49,700 nucleotides of DNA from Actinomycetota bacterium (GTDB lineage Bacteria > Actinomycetota > Thermoleophilia > Solirubrobacterales > Thermoleophilaceae), in NCBI GenBank assembly GCA_046729895.1, contig JBKPHP010000056.1:1-49700 (forward strand), written 5' to 3'. The notes beneath the pieces were generated by a model. The model was not told where the DNA came from. It ran no database searches and was given only the letters and a program-made list of their open reading frames with translations. A program made the position numbers and the translations under genes. Positions 1 to 7,279 of the stretch are shown here, piece after piece. Each line of letters opens with the position of its first letter. The stretch's first letter is position 1.

Positions 1-367
1 CGCTTGGGGTGCCGCCGCCTGTGCCGGCGGTCCCGCCGCCGCCCGTATTGCCGCCGGTGCCGCCACTGCCGCCGGTGCCGCCACCGCCGCCGGTGCCGCC
101 CGTGCCGGCGGTGCCGCCGCTCGTCCCGCCCCCGGTGCCGCCGCCGGTCCCCCCGGTCGAGGGGGCGGAGGGGGAGGGAGCGCTATTCGTCGCGGTGGTC
201 TCGGTGTTCGTCCGATCGCGGCTTTTGCCGAGATTGTCGGGGGTCGTGGGAGTGCCGAGGTCCGCGGGGTTCGACTTGTTCGAGTCGCCCCCGGCGGACG
301 CGATCAGCACGATCAGCAGCACCAGCACGACGCCGGCCGCCAGGCCCGCGACGATCCGGCGGCGCAT
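1..367 (-). CDS. membrane-anchored Gly/Thr-rich low-complexity protein (5' part only; runs off the left edge)
   Basis: Reverse-strand ATG at 367-365 with GAGG 5 nt upstream. Translation MRRRIVAGLAAGVVLVLLIVLIASAGG... gives a basic N-terminus and one hydrophobic helix, then a Ser/Thr/Pro linker and GGT-type repeats (TGGTGGGTGGGTSGGTAGTGGTGGGGGTGG...). GC3 is high. The frame is still open at position 1, so the ORF is absent from the supplied track. Confidence 0.6.
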   Translation of the reverse strand, partial: MRRRIVAGLAAGVVLVLLIVLIASAGGDSNKSNPADLGTPTTPDNLGKSRDRTNTETTATNSAPSPSAPSTGGTGGGTGGGTSGGTAGTGGTGGGGGTGGSGGTGGNTGGGGTAGTGGGTPS

Positions 368-487
368 GTAGACCTCATGCGGCTCGCGGCGACGAGGACC
401 TTGAGGGGCGCGCGTCGGCTCCAGCCGGCGTGTGGGATGCTCGTCCAAGAGCCCGCGACGGTAGCAGCTTGGCGGGACTGCGAGCCA

Positions 488-509
488 AGGACCTATCCCG
501 ACAGGTCCT
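488..509 (-). terminator. hairpin overlapping the HxlR stop codon
   Basis: aggacct (488-494) pairs with aggtcct (503-509): a 7-bp stem and 8-nt loop, with no U-tract. Confidence 0.3.
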
Positions 510-930
510 AGGCGAAATGCAAGTCCGCCGCCTCGTCCTCCTCCACCGGACGCCCGCACACAGGGCACCACCAGCGGGCCTCGATCGGGCTGCCGCAGAC
601 CGCATGCCGGGGCGGCTCGGCGCCCTCGCGATGACGCGCTCCCCAATCGGCGAGAAGCCGCAGCGCGCCCGCCAGCTCGCGGCCAGAGCCGGTGAGCTCG
701 TAGACGAAGCGCTGAGGACGCTCCGAGTACGGTTCCGCCAGTACGAGCCCCTCCCCCTCGAGCCGGCGAAGTCGCTGGGTGAGGACGTTGGGCGCAATGC
801 CAGGGAGCTCCGCTTCGAGGTCGCCGAAGCGGCGCGGCCCCTCGAGCAGGGCCTCGACCAGGAGCAGTGTCCAGCGGTCGCCGACGCTGTCGAGCGCGGC
901 GGCGAGAGGGGAGTCGGCACGGGTTGCCAC
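508..930 (-). CDS. HxlR-family winged-helix transcriptional regulator with a Cys/His-rich C-terminal tail
   Basis: 140 aa. The stretch DRWTLLLVEALLEGPRRFGDLEAELPGIAPNVLTQRLRRLEGEGLV...YELT is the typical HxlR/DUF24 wHTH core. The C-terminal HAVCGSP...WWCPVCG could bind a metal. GTG start at 930. Confidence 0.9.
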   Translation of the reverse strand: MATRADSPLAAALDSVGDRWTLLLVEALLEGPRRFGDLEAELPGIAPNVLTQRLRRLEGEGLVLAEPYSERPQRFVYELTGSGRELAGALRLLADWGARHREGAEPPRHAVCGSPIEARWWCPVCGRPVEEDEAADLHFA

Positions 931-968
931 GGACCAATGGTACGCGGTGATCGGCCGTTATAGTGGTG

Positions 969-985
969 ACTTGCTAGCTGCAAGT
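969..985. promoter_or_regulatory. inverted repeat in the HxlR/protease divergent promoter (candidate HxlR operator)
   Basis: acttgc-tagct-gcaagt has 6-bp arms and sits in the only A/T-richer stretch (931-1003) between the two divergent starts. It is flanked by gtgact direct repeats. Confidence 0.3.
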
Positions 986-1003
986 GACTGACTGGAGAAT
1001 GCA

Positions 1004-1915
1004 ATGACTGCAGTGACTGAATTGGCCGACACGCTCTCCGGGGCGGCCGACCGCGTCGGCCTGTCGGTCGTCGGGCTGGGCCGTGGATGGGGTCTCGGCT
1101 CGGGCGTGGTGATCGGCGACGGGCAAGTGCTGACGAACGCGCACAACCTGCGCCGCGGCGAGGTCACGCTGACATTCAGCGACGGCCGCAGGGAGTCGGG
1201 CGAGGCGGCCGGGGTCGACCCCGATCTGGACCTCGCGGTGCTGGAGGTCGACACCGGCGACGCCCCCGCCATCCAGTGGGACCCTGATCTCGCCGCCCCT
1301 TCGCTGGGCACGCCGGTGGTGGCGCTGGCCAACCCCGGCGGGCGCGGATTGCGCGTGACTCTCGGCTTCGTGTCCTCCGAGGGCCGAAGCTTCAGGGGAC
1401 CGCGCGGGCGACGCGTGGAGGGCGCCATCGAGCACACGGCCGCGCTGCCCCGCGGCTCCTCCGGCGGGCCGCTCGTCGACGTGGAGGGCCGCCTGCTAGG
1501 GCTCAACAGCGTGAGGCTCGACGGCGGCCTGATCCTCGCGGTACCGGCCACCGCCGCTGTGCGGGAGCGCGCCGAGGTGCTCGCGCAGGGCGGCACCCCA
1601 GGTTCGCATCGGCTCGGCGTGGCGGTCGCGCCGCCGCGCGTGGCCAGGCGGCTCCGGCGCGCCGTCGGGCTCCCCGAGCGGGAGGGCCTCCTGGTCCGGT
1701 CCGTGGAGCGCGGCAGCCCAGCCGAGAGAGCCGAGATCGAGCGCGGCGACCTGATCGTCGCGGCCGGCGGAAAGGAGGTCGACGGCGTCGACGGCCTCTA
1801 CTCGGCGCTCGACGCGGTGCCCCAGGCGGGTGGAACCCTGCCGCTGACGCTGCTGCGCGGGACCGAGGAGCGCGAGGTGGAGGTGGTCTTCGAGTCTCGA
1901 AGGGAGGCCGCGTGA
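1004..1915 (+). CDS. HtrA/DegP-like trypsin-fold serine protease with C-terminal PDZ domain, no signal peptide
   Basis: 303 aa. Catalytic triad contexts are TNAHN, DLDLAVLEV and GSSGGPLV. A PDZ-like stretch follows (GLLVRSVERGSPAERAEIERGDLIVAAGG). GGAG lies 6 nt before the ATG. Confidence 0.9.
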   Translation: MTAVTELADTLSGAADRVGLSVVGLGRGWGLGSGVVIGDGQVLTNAHNLRRGEVTLTFSDGRRESGEAAGVDPDLDLAVLEVDTGDAPAIQWDPDLAAPSLGTPVVALANPGGRGLRVTLGFVSSEGRSFRGPRGRRVEGAIEHTAALPRGSSGGPLVDVEGRLLGLNSVRLDGGLILAVPATAAVRERAEVLAQGGTPGSHRLGVAVAPPRVARRLRRAVGLPEREGLLVRSVERGSPAERAEIERGDLIVAAGGKEVDGVDGLYSALDAVPQAGGTLPLTLLRGTEEREVEVVFESRREAA

Positions 1916-2898
1916 GCTCGCCGGCAGCTTCTCCGACCGAGCGCCGTCCCAGCGAGGACGAAGCGCTCGACGCGTACTCCCGCGCGGTCACCTGGGTGGC
2001 GGAGCGGCTCACCCCGTCGGTGGCGAGCCTGCGTGTGTTGCGCCGCTCTCGCTCCGGGCAGGTCCCGGTCGGGGCGGGGAGCGCTGTGGCACTCACGCCC
2101 GACGGCTACATGCTCACCTCCGCCCACGTGGTCGGCGGGTCGGCTCGCCAGGGGCGGGCGACGTTCCCGGACGGGCGCGAGGATCGATTCGAGGTCGCAG
2201 GCCGAGACCCGCTGTCCGACCTGGCCGTCTTGCGCACGCGCCAGCAGGGGCTCGAGCCCGCGGAGCTCGGTGACGCCACTCAGCTCCGGGTGGGGCAGCT
2301 CGTGGTCGCGATCGGGAACCCTCAGGGATTCGGCGGCTCTGTGACGGCCGGCGTGGTCTCCGCACTGGGCCGCTCGCTGCCCGCCCAGGCTCGCCGCGCC
2401 GGGCGCATCATCGACAACGTGATCCAGACCGACGCCGCGCTCAATCCCGGCAACTCCGGCGGCGCTCTCGCGGACAGCCGCGGCCGCGTGGTTGGCGTGA
2501 ACACCGCAGTGGCCGGCGTCGGGCTGGGATTGGCCGTACCCATCAACGAGAACACCCTCCGCGTGATCGGCTCGCTCATGCGCGAAGGACGGGTCCGGCG
2601 CGCCTACCTCGGAATCGCTGGCGGACCCAGGCCGCTGCCGCCGCAAGCCCGTGCGCAGACCGGCGCCGATAGCTGCGTCGAGGTCGTGGAGATCGTGAGG
2701 GGCAGCCCCGCCGACGAGGCCGGCATCCGCCCGGAGGATCTGATCCTGGAGGTGGACGGCAGTCCGGTGGCGACCGTCGAGGACCTGCAGCAGCTGATGG
2801 TCGCCGAGCTGATCGGGACGCCGATACCCGTGCGCGTGCTGCGTCAGGGCCGGCCACTCGAGCTCGAGCTGGTGCCGGCGGAGCTGGACGGCGGCTAG
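1912..2898 (+). CDS. second HtrA/DegP-like serine protease with PDZ domain, no signal peptide
   Basis: 328 aa. Triad contexts are TSAHVV, SDLAVLRT and GNSGGALAD. PDZ-like stretch: VEIVRGSPADEAGIRPEDLILEVDG. The GTG start overlaps the upstream stop by 4 bp (GTGA). Confidence 0.9.
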   Translation: MSSPAASPTERRPSEDEALDAYSRAVTWVAERLTPSVASLRVLRRSRSGQVPVGAGSAVALTPDGYMLTSAHVVGGSARQGRATFPDGREDRFEVAGRDPLSDLAVLRTRQQGLEPAELGDATQLRVGQLVVAIGNPQGFGGSVTAGVVSALGRSLPAQARRAGRIIDNVIQTDAALNPGNSGGALADSRGRVVGVNTAVAGVGLGLAVPINENTLRVIGSLMREGRVRRAYLGIAGGPRPLPPQARAQTGADSCVEVVEIVRGSPADEAGIRPEDLILEVDGSPVATVEDLQQLMVAELIGTPIPVRVLRQGRPLELELVPAELDGG

Positions 2899-2901
2899 GA
2901 G

Positions 2902-3774
2902 CTACAGCCGTGGCGGGTGCACGGCCGCGAAGCCGCCCGCGGAGCGCCCACCCTCCTGCCAGCGCGTACCGGCGCGCCCCCGACCGCTCGTATCGAAGCG
3001 CAGGCCGGCCACGAACATGAACACGTGGCCGGGGCTCGCGTAGATCGTGATCCACTTGCCGCGCCCGGGGCTACCCCAGTGCATGAAGGCGCCGGAGGTC
3101 AGTGGGCGGTCGAGCAGGCCGGCGCCCGCCAGCGCGAACGAAACCGAGCCGGAGCAGTCGTAGCCGTTGTCGCGCCAGGCACCGTGACCGCCGCCCCACT
3201 TGTAGGGGAATTTGGCGATCTCGTTTCCGGCGAGGATCACGCGCTTGACGACGTCCGGGGCGCCCTCTGGTGCCTGCGCGGTGCCGTCCGGCAGAACCTT
3301 GGCCCGCGCTCCGGTCGCGAGGGAGGCCGAGTCGAGGTGGCCCCGGAAGCTCCGCAGGGCGGCTCGCGCCTCCCGCAGGTCGGCGCGGACCTGGGCGTCC
3401 GAGGGCGCTCCCGGACTCGGAGCGTCGTCCGCGGCTCCCGGATTGGGAGCGACGCCCGGGTCGCCGCCGGCCTTGGCCTGCGCGCCGACCCCCTCGATAC
3501 GGACCGCGTGGCCGCCCCTCTGCTCATTCTTCTTGCCACGGAACCCTTTCGCCGCCTCCGGGGTAAGTACCGGATCGTTGTCGGGCGACGTGCGCGGGAC
3601 GCTGGTGGTGGCGTCCCTGCGCTCGGGGGACAGCGTCGCGGCTGCCAGGGCCGCAACCGCTCCCACGCTCACCAGCGCGAGCGCGGCGGGCACCACCATG
3701 CGCGGCCGGCGGAGCTGTGACGACAACAGGCGGCTCAGGCGGCCAGTCGATCTTTCCGGTACGTGGACTTCCAT
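2902..3774 (-). CDS. NlpC/P60 (C40) peptidoglycan endopeptidase, membrane-anchored or secreted
   Basis: C-terminal motifs FPYKWGGGHG...GYDCSGSVSFA...GHVFMFV fit the Cys and His contexts of NlpC/P60. An N-terminal RRPRMVVPAALALVSVGAVAALAAA helix is followed by a Pro/Ala/Gly-rich linker. The start is uncertain: ATG 3774 or ATG 3699. Confidence 0.85.
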   Translation of the reverse strand: MEVHVPERSTGRLSRLLSSQLRRPRMVVPAALALVSVGAVAALAAATLSPERRDATTSVPRTSPDNDPVLTPEAAKGFRGKKNEQRGGHAVRIEGVGAQAKAGGDPGVAPNPGAADDAPSPGAPSDAQVRADLREARAALRSFRGHLDSASLATGARAKVLPDGTAQAPEGAPDVVKRVILAGNEIAKFPYKWGGGHGAWRDNGYDCSGSVSFALAGAGLLDRPLTSGAFMHWGSPGRGKWITIYASPGHVFMFVAGLRFDTSGRGRAGTRWQEGGRSAGGFAAVHPPRL

Positions 3775-3878
3775 TCCTCGTAGGGCGTCCCGTCGACGAT
3801 TTCCCGTGCCTCCGATTCGGACACCTGTACGCCTCTCTCCTCCGCCGCCTCGGGCTCGGTCCGGGTGGCCTCCTCCAT
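3735..3878 (-). CDS. possible small acidic protein (47 aa), unknown function
   Basis: The ATG at 3878 opens MEEATRTEPEAAEERGVQVSESEAREIVDGTPYEEWKSTYRKDRLAA. About 80 percent of codons end in G/C, whereas the overlapping plus frame has clearly lower GC3. There is no clear SD. It overlaps the long-start version of the NlpC/P60 gene. Confidence 0.3.
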   Translation of the reverse strand: MEEATRTEPEAAEERGVQVSESEAREIVDGTPYEEWKSTYRKDRLAA

Positions 3879-3914
3879 TGGGCTCGAACCGTAGCGCGTT
3901 GTCCCTGTGGCAGG

Positions 3915-4214
3915 ATGAGGTTCATGGACGAGCGAAGACAGGCCGTGCCCGAGGATCCGAGCGGGATCGAGGAGCCCCATGACGTGCTGGCCGCCGAGGA
4001 ATTCGGCATAGGCGCCCGCGATGTGCGCTGGCCCGCGGACCCGAGCGGGATCCAGGAGCCCCACGACGTGCTCGCCGCCGAGGAGTTCGCCATGCCGGCC
4101 GGGCAGGACAGCGCTCACGAGGCCGCCGCCGGGCCCGACCCGCGAAGCTGGGTTCCCCTGGCCGTGATCGCTGCCGCAGCGGCCTTGCTGCTACTGCGCC
4201 TCCGCCGGCGCTAG
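3915..4214 (+). CDS. small tail-anchored protein with tandem DPSGI(E/Q)EPHDVLAAEEF repeat, unknown family
   Basis: The sequence MRFMDERRQAVPEDPSGIEEPHDVLAAEEFGIGARDVRWPADPSGIQEPHDVLAAEEFAMPAGQ... ends in a hydrophobic helix plus basic tail (WVPLAVIAAAAALLLLRLRRR). GC3 is very high in this frame. The start is ATG 3915 or ATG 3924. The upstream part of the tracked ORF (3717-3914) has poor GC3. Confidence 0.6.
   Translation: MRFMDERRQAVPEDPSGIEEPHDVLAAEEFGIGARDVRWPADPSGIQEPHDVLAAEEFAMPAGQDSAHEAAAGPDPRSWVPLAVIAAAAALLLLRLRRR
3951..4088 (+). repeat. two 54-nt repeat units, period 84 nt, inside the small CDS
   Basis: Unit 3951-4004 and unit 4035-4088 each encode xDPSGI(E/Q)EPHDVLAAEEF. Within the shared core the DNA differences are one E/Q change and otherwise synonymous (cat/cac, ctg/ctc, gaa/gag). 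Confidence 0.85.
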
Positions 4215-4275
4215 CGCGCGGCCGGCGGGCGGTCTCGATCGCCTGCCCGGCGATGGGTCGAGCCCGGGAGGCGAC

Positions 4276-4512
4276 TTAGGGGTACAGCTCCCCGTCTTCC
4301 CCCACCACGAAGATGGCCGTCACCGGGCAGTTCTGGGCCGCCTCGAGGATGTCGTCCTTGGAGGCCCCGTCGGGATCCACCACGACCGCCTTGTCCTCGT
4401 CGTCGAGCTGGAAGACGTCAGGCGCCGTGTCCACGCAGTCGCCGGAGCCGATGCACAGGGCCCGGTCGACCTCCACGTGGATGCGATTCTTCGAGGAGAG
4501 CGCTTCGGCCAT
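4276..4512 (-). CDS. small single-cluster ferredoxin (3Fe-4S/4Fe-4S type)
   Basis: 78 aa. The motifs VDRALCIGSGDCVDTAPDVF...AAQNCPVTAI form the CxxxxxC...CP pattern typical of actinobacterial Fdx-type ferredoxins. Confidence 0.9.
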   Translation of the reverse strand: MAEALSSKNRIHVEVDRALCIGSGDCVDTAPDVFQLDDEDKAVVVDPDGASKDDILEAAQNCPVTAIFVVGEDGELYP

Positions 4513-4597
4513 CTGCGGGCGAGGCTAGCGCGACCTCGACAGAAACTGCCGCGCTCGCGGCGAGCTTCTCCCCAGGCCTGGAGGCGCGGTCCCCAGC

Positions 4598-4646
4598 GAC
4601 CTGGGCTCTTTCAGGCCCGTATATGGGGCCTGAAAGAGCCCAGGTC
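4598..4646 (-). terminator. perfect 21-bp-stem hairpin downstream of the aldehyde dehydrogenase gene
   Basis: gacctgggctctttcaggccc (4598-4618), loop gtatatg, then gggcctgaaagagcccaggtc (4626-4646). It lies 21 nt after the ALDH stop and upstream of the ferredoxin gene. There is no U-tract. Confidence 0.6.
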
Positions 4647-4666
4647 CGGCCGCGGCGCCCGGGCCG

Positions 4667-6226
4667 CTACGTGCCTCGCTTGCCGCGGCCGTAGAGCAAC
4701 TTCAGCAGGCCGCCGACGAGCTTCGTGTTGCGCCGCTTGTAGGGCAGCATGTGCACGTCGCGCTTGGGCGCGAAGCGGGTGACTAGGATGGTCTGCTGCT
4801 TCGTGTACTTGCGGACGCCGTTCGCGCCGTGGCGCGAGCCGAGTCCGGAGCTCTTCCAGCCGCCCATCGGCAGCTCGAGGGCGATGTAGTTGACCTGTGC
4901 GTCGTTGACGCAGATGGCGCCCGCCTCGACCTGGCGGGCTAGCTGCTCGCCCTTGGCGGCGTCCTTGGTCCACACCGAGGCCTGCAGCCCGTAGGGCGAG
5001 TCATTGGCGAGCCGGACGGCCTCCTCGGCGTCGCGGACCCGCATGACCGGCAGCGTCGGCCCGAAGGTCTCCTCCGTCATGCACTCCATCGTGTGGTCCA
5101 CGTCTACGAGGAGCGTCGGCTCGTAGAAGCTGCCCGCGCCGTCACCACGCTTTCCGCCGACCAGCACCCGGGCGCCCTTGGCAACGGCGTCCTTCACGTG
5201 TTCGTCGATCAGCTCGACCTGCGGAGGCGAGGTGATGGCTCCCATGTCCACCGACCCGGGCGGACCCGGCACCCCCTGACGGAGCCCCCGCATCTTCTCC
5301 TCGACCTTCGAGACGAATTCGTCGTAGACGGGCTCCTCGACGTAGACACGCTCGACCGAGATGCAGGTCTGGCCGCCGTTCTGCATGGAGTAGTGCACGG
5401 CGCCGTTGGCGGCCCGCTCGAGATCGGCGTCGGAGAGCACGATCATCGGGTCCTTGCCCCCGAGCTCGAGCCCGACTGGCGTCAACGTCTTCGCGGCACG
5501 CTCCATCACCTTCTTGCCGACCTCCGTGGAACCGGTGAACATGACGAAGTCCACGGCGTCGATCAGCGCCCCGCCGACGTCGCTGCCGGCCCCGATGCAG
5601 ACCTGGTAGACGTCGTCCGGCATGCCGCACTCGCGCAGCATCTCCTGCATGAGGAGCGAGGTGAGCGGCGTGATGCTGGCGGGCTTGAGGATGACCGAGT
5701 TGCCGGCCGCGAGCGCCGGGATGCAATCGCCGAAGGAGTTCGTGAGCGGGTAGTTCCAGGGGCCGATCACGCCGACCACGCCAACCGGCGCGTAGCGCAC
5801 GATCAGCTTGCGACCGAGGACGAAGGGGGAGCTGGAGCGAACCCGCTCGTCCGCCAGGTACGTCGGGGCGTGCTTCGCCCAGAAACCGAAGGCGCCCGCC
5901 GTGTAGGAGATCTCCGCGAGCAGGGCGTCTTCGTAGGTCTTGCCGTTCTCCGACACGATCGTGTCGATCGTCCGGTCCTGGTTGTCGAGCATCCACTTCT
6001 GCGCGCGGCGGAGGATCCTGGCACGACCGTCGAAGCCGAGCGCCTCCCATCCGGCCTGAGCGGCACGCGCCTTGCGCGCCATCTCGGCGACCTGCGCGGG
6101 ATCGGCGGCCGGCACCGTGGCGATCACCTCCCCGGTCGCCGGGTTGGTCACGTCGATCGTCTTGCCATCCGCGTCCTGGGCGCGCGCGTCGGCGCTCGTC
6201 TGCTGGGTCGTGGTCGTTTGCTCCAC
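4667..6226 (-). CDS. NAD(P)-dependent aldehyde dehydrogenase (GabD2-like succinate-semialdehyde dehydrogenase family)
   Basis: 519 aa from the GTG at 6226, which is preceded by AAGGAGGA. ALDH motifs are GPWNYP, ELGGKDP, the catalytic Cys context QNGGQTCISVERVYV, and EETFGP. The long basic C-terminal tail resembles mycobacterial GabD2. The upstream 339 codons of the tracked ORF are antisense to the hydrolase gene and are rejected. Confidence 0.9.
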   Translation of the reverse strand: MEQTTTTQQTSADARAQDADGKTIDVTNPATGEVIATVPAADPAQVAEMARKARAAQAGWEALGFDGRARILRRAQKWMLDNQDRTIDTIVSENGKTYEDALLAEISYTAGAFGFWAKHAPTYLADERVRSSSPFVLGRKLIVRYAPVGVVGVIGPWNYPLTNSFGDCIPALAAGNSVILKPASITPLTSLLMQEMLRECGMPDDVYQVCIGAGSDVGGALIDAVDFVMFTGSTEVGKKVMERAAKTLTPVGLELGGKDPMIVLSDADLERAANGAVHYSMQNGGQTCISVERVYVEEPVYDEFVSKVEEKMRGLRQGVPGPPGSVDMGAITSPPQVELIDEHVKDAVAKGARVLVGGKRGDGAGSFYEPTLLVDVDHTMECMTEETFGPTLPVMRVRDAEEAVRLANDSPYGLQASVWTKDAAKGEQLARQVEAGAICVNDAQVNYIALELPMGGWKSSGLGSRHGANGVRKYTKQQTILVTRFAPKRDVHMLPYKRRNTKLVGGLLKLLYGRGKRGT

Positions 6227-6418
6227 CTGTCTCCTCCTTAAGCCGCTGCGCGCAAGACTATCCCCGGCCGCCTGGCCGAACCTAGACAGCGGATTCGTGT
6301 GCCCATTCGGGGCGCTCGAGGAGAGCGCCGGCAGCGGCGGGATGCCGCGCTGCTCGACGCCAGGCACGTCGCGCGGCGCGGCGGGATGAAATAGTCCCCG
6401 GAGCGGAAGCGGGACTTG

Positions 6419-7228
6419 ATGCCTACTACCGACGCCAACGGCCAGACGCTCTACTACGAGGTTCACGGCGAGGGTGAGCCGCTTCTCTGTGTGATGGGCC
6501 TGGCCGCGAATACGCTCGCTTGGGCGCTTCAGGTGCCGGCGTTCGCCGAGCACCACCGCACGGTCATCTTCGACAACCGCGACGTCGGGCGGTCTTCGAT
6601 CGCGACCAGGCAGTACGAGATCCGCGACATGGCGCAGGACACCCTTGCCCTGGCCGACGCCCTCGAGCTCGACTCCTTCCATCTCCTCGGTTGCTCGATG
6701 GGCGGGGCCATCTCCCAGGAGGTGGCGCTGAGCGCGCCGGAGCGGGTGCGCACTCTGACGCTCGCCGTCACCTATGCCGGAACGGGAAACTGGGGCCGGA
6801 AGTTCAGCCAGGTCTGGGGCAGCCGCCGGCAGCGGGCCTCGCGGGAAGAACACATCGACGAGCTGATGCTCTTGACGCTCTCGGAAGCGTTCTTCGAGAA
6901 CGACGACGCCGTGGCATACGTGCGCCGCATGATGCTGGACGACCCCCATCCTCAGCCGCCCGAGGCGTTCGCGCGCCAGCTCGAGGCGTCGCGGCGGCAC
7001 GACAGCCGCGACCGTCTCGGCTCCCTGAAGACGCCGGTGCATGTGATCGGTGGCGAGCACGACCTCCTCGTGCCGATCTGGAAGCAGCGCGAGCTGGCGG
7101 AGCTGATTCCGAACGCCAAGCTGACGGTGATCGAGCGCTCGCCTCACGGCGCGAACGTGGAGCGCGCGCCGGAGTTCAATGCGCTCGTGCTCGACTTCAT
7201 CGCCGAGAAGAGCGCGGCAGCGGTATAG
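6419..7228 (+). CDS. alpha/beta-fold hydrolase
   Basis: About 269 aa. It has the nucleophile elbow GCSMGG, an HG-type N-terminal motif region (LLCVMGLA) and a C-terminal His context (SPHGANVE). ATG at 6419; an in-frame TTG lies at 6416. Confidence 0.9.
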   Translation: MPTTDANGQTLYYEVHGEGEPLLCVMGLAANTLAWALQVPAFAEHHRTVIFDNRDVGRSSIATRQYEIRDMAQDTLALADALELDSFHLLGCSMGGAISQEVALSAPERVRTLTLAVTYAGTGNWGRKFSQVWGSRRQRASREEHIDELMLLTLSEAFFENDDAVAYVRRMMLDDPHPQPPEAFARQLEASRRHDSRDRLGSLKTPVHVIGGEHDLLVPIWKQRELAELIPNAKLTVIERSPHGANVERAPEFNALVLDFIAEKSAAAV

Positions 7229-7279
7229 CCAGAGACTCCGCATGCTGCGGGTCGCGCTGACCCAGAACGCAGGGGAGCC

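Noticed and set aside
1-180. Periodic gcc/ggt-rich DNA (also at 13780-13990), considered as a possible CRISPR or other repeat array
   Set aside because: There is no repeat-spacer organisation. The periodicity is codon-level low complexity (Gly-rich coding sequence) inside ORFs.
4-963. 319-codon plus-strand ORF (Arg/Cys/Pro-rich), and the 120-codon Pro-rich ORF at 9-371
   Set aside because: The composition (RRCRR, PPVPP runs) is typical of out-of-frame or antisense reading of GC-rich genes. Both overlap the well-supported HxlR gene and the Gly-rich membrane protein on the opposite strand.
3879-3895. GGTTCGAGCC-like T-loop sequence on the minus strand (possible tRNA)
   Set aside because: The flanking bases cannot form a T-stem or the rest of a cloverleaf. 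I found no tRNA-like structure anywhere in the window.
3735-4118. 127-codon minus-strand ORF across the repeat region
   Set aside because: Only its last 47 codons have good GC3. Across 3900-4118 the plus frame has much higher GC3 and gives a coherent repeat-plus-TM-anchor protein, so the long minus ORF is not accepted as a whole.
6227-7243. 5' extension of the aldehyde dehydrogenase ORF (the tracked ORF is 858 codons)
   Set aside because: The extension is antisense to the alpha/beta hydrolase gene and has no ALDH similarity. A GTG at 6226 with AAGGAGGA upstream gives a normal 519-aa ALDH.
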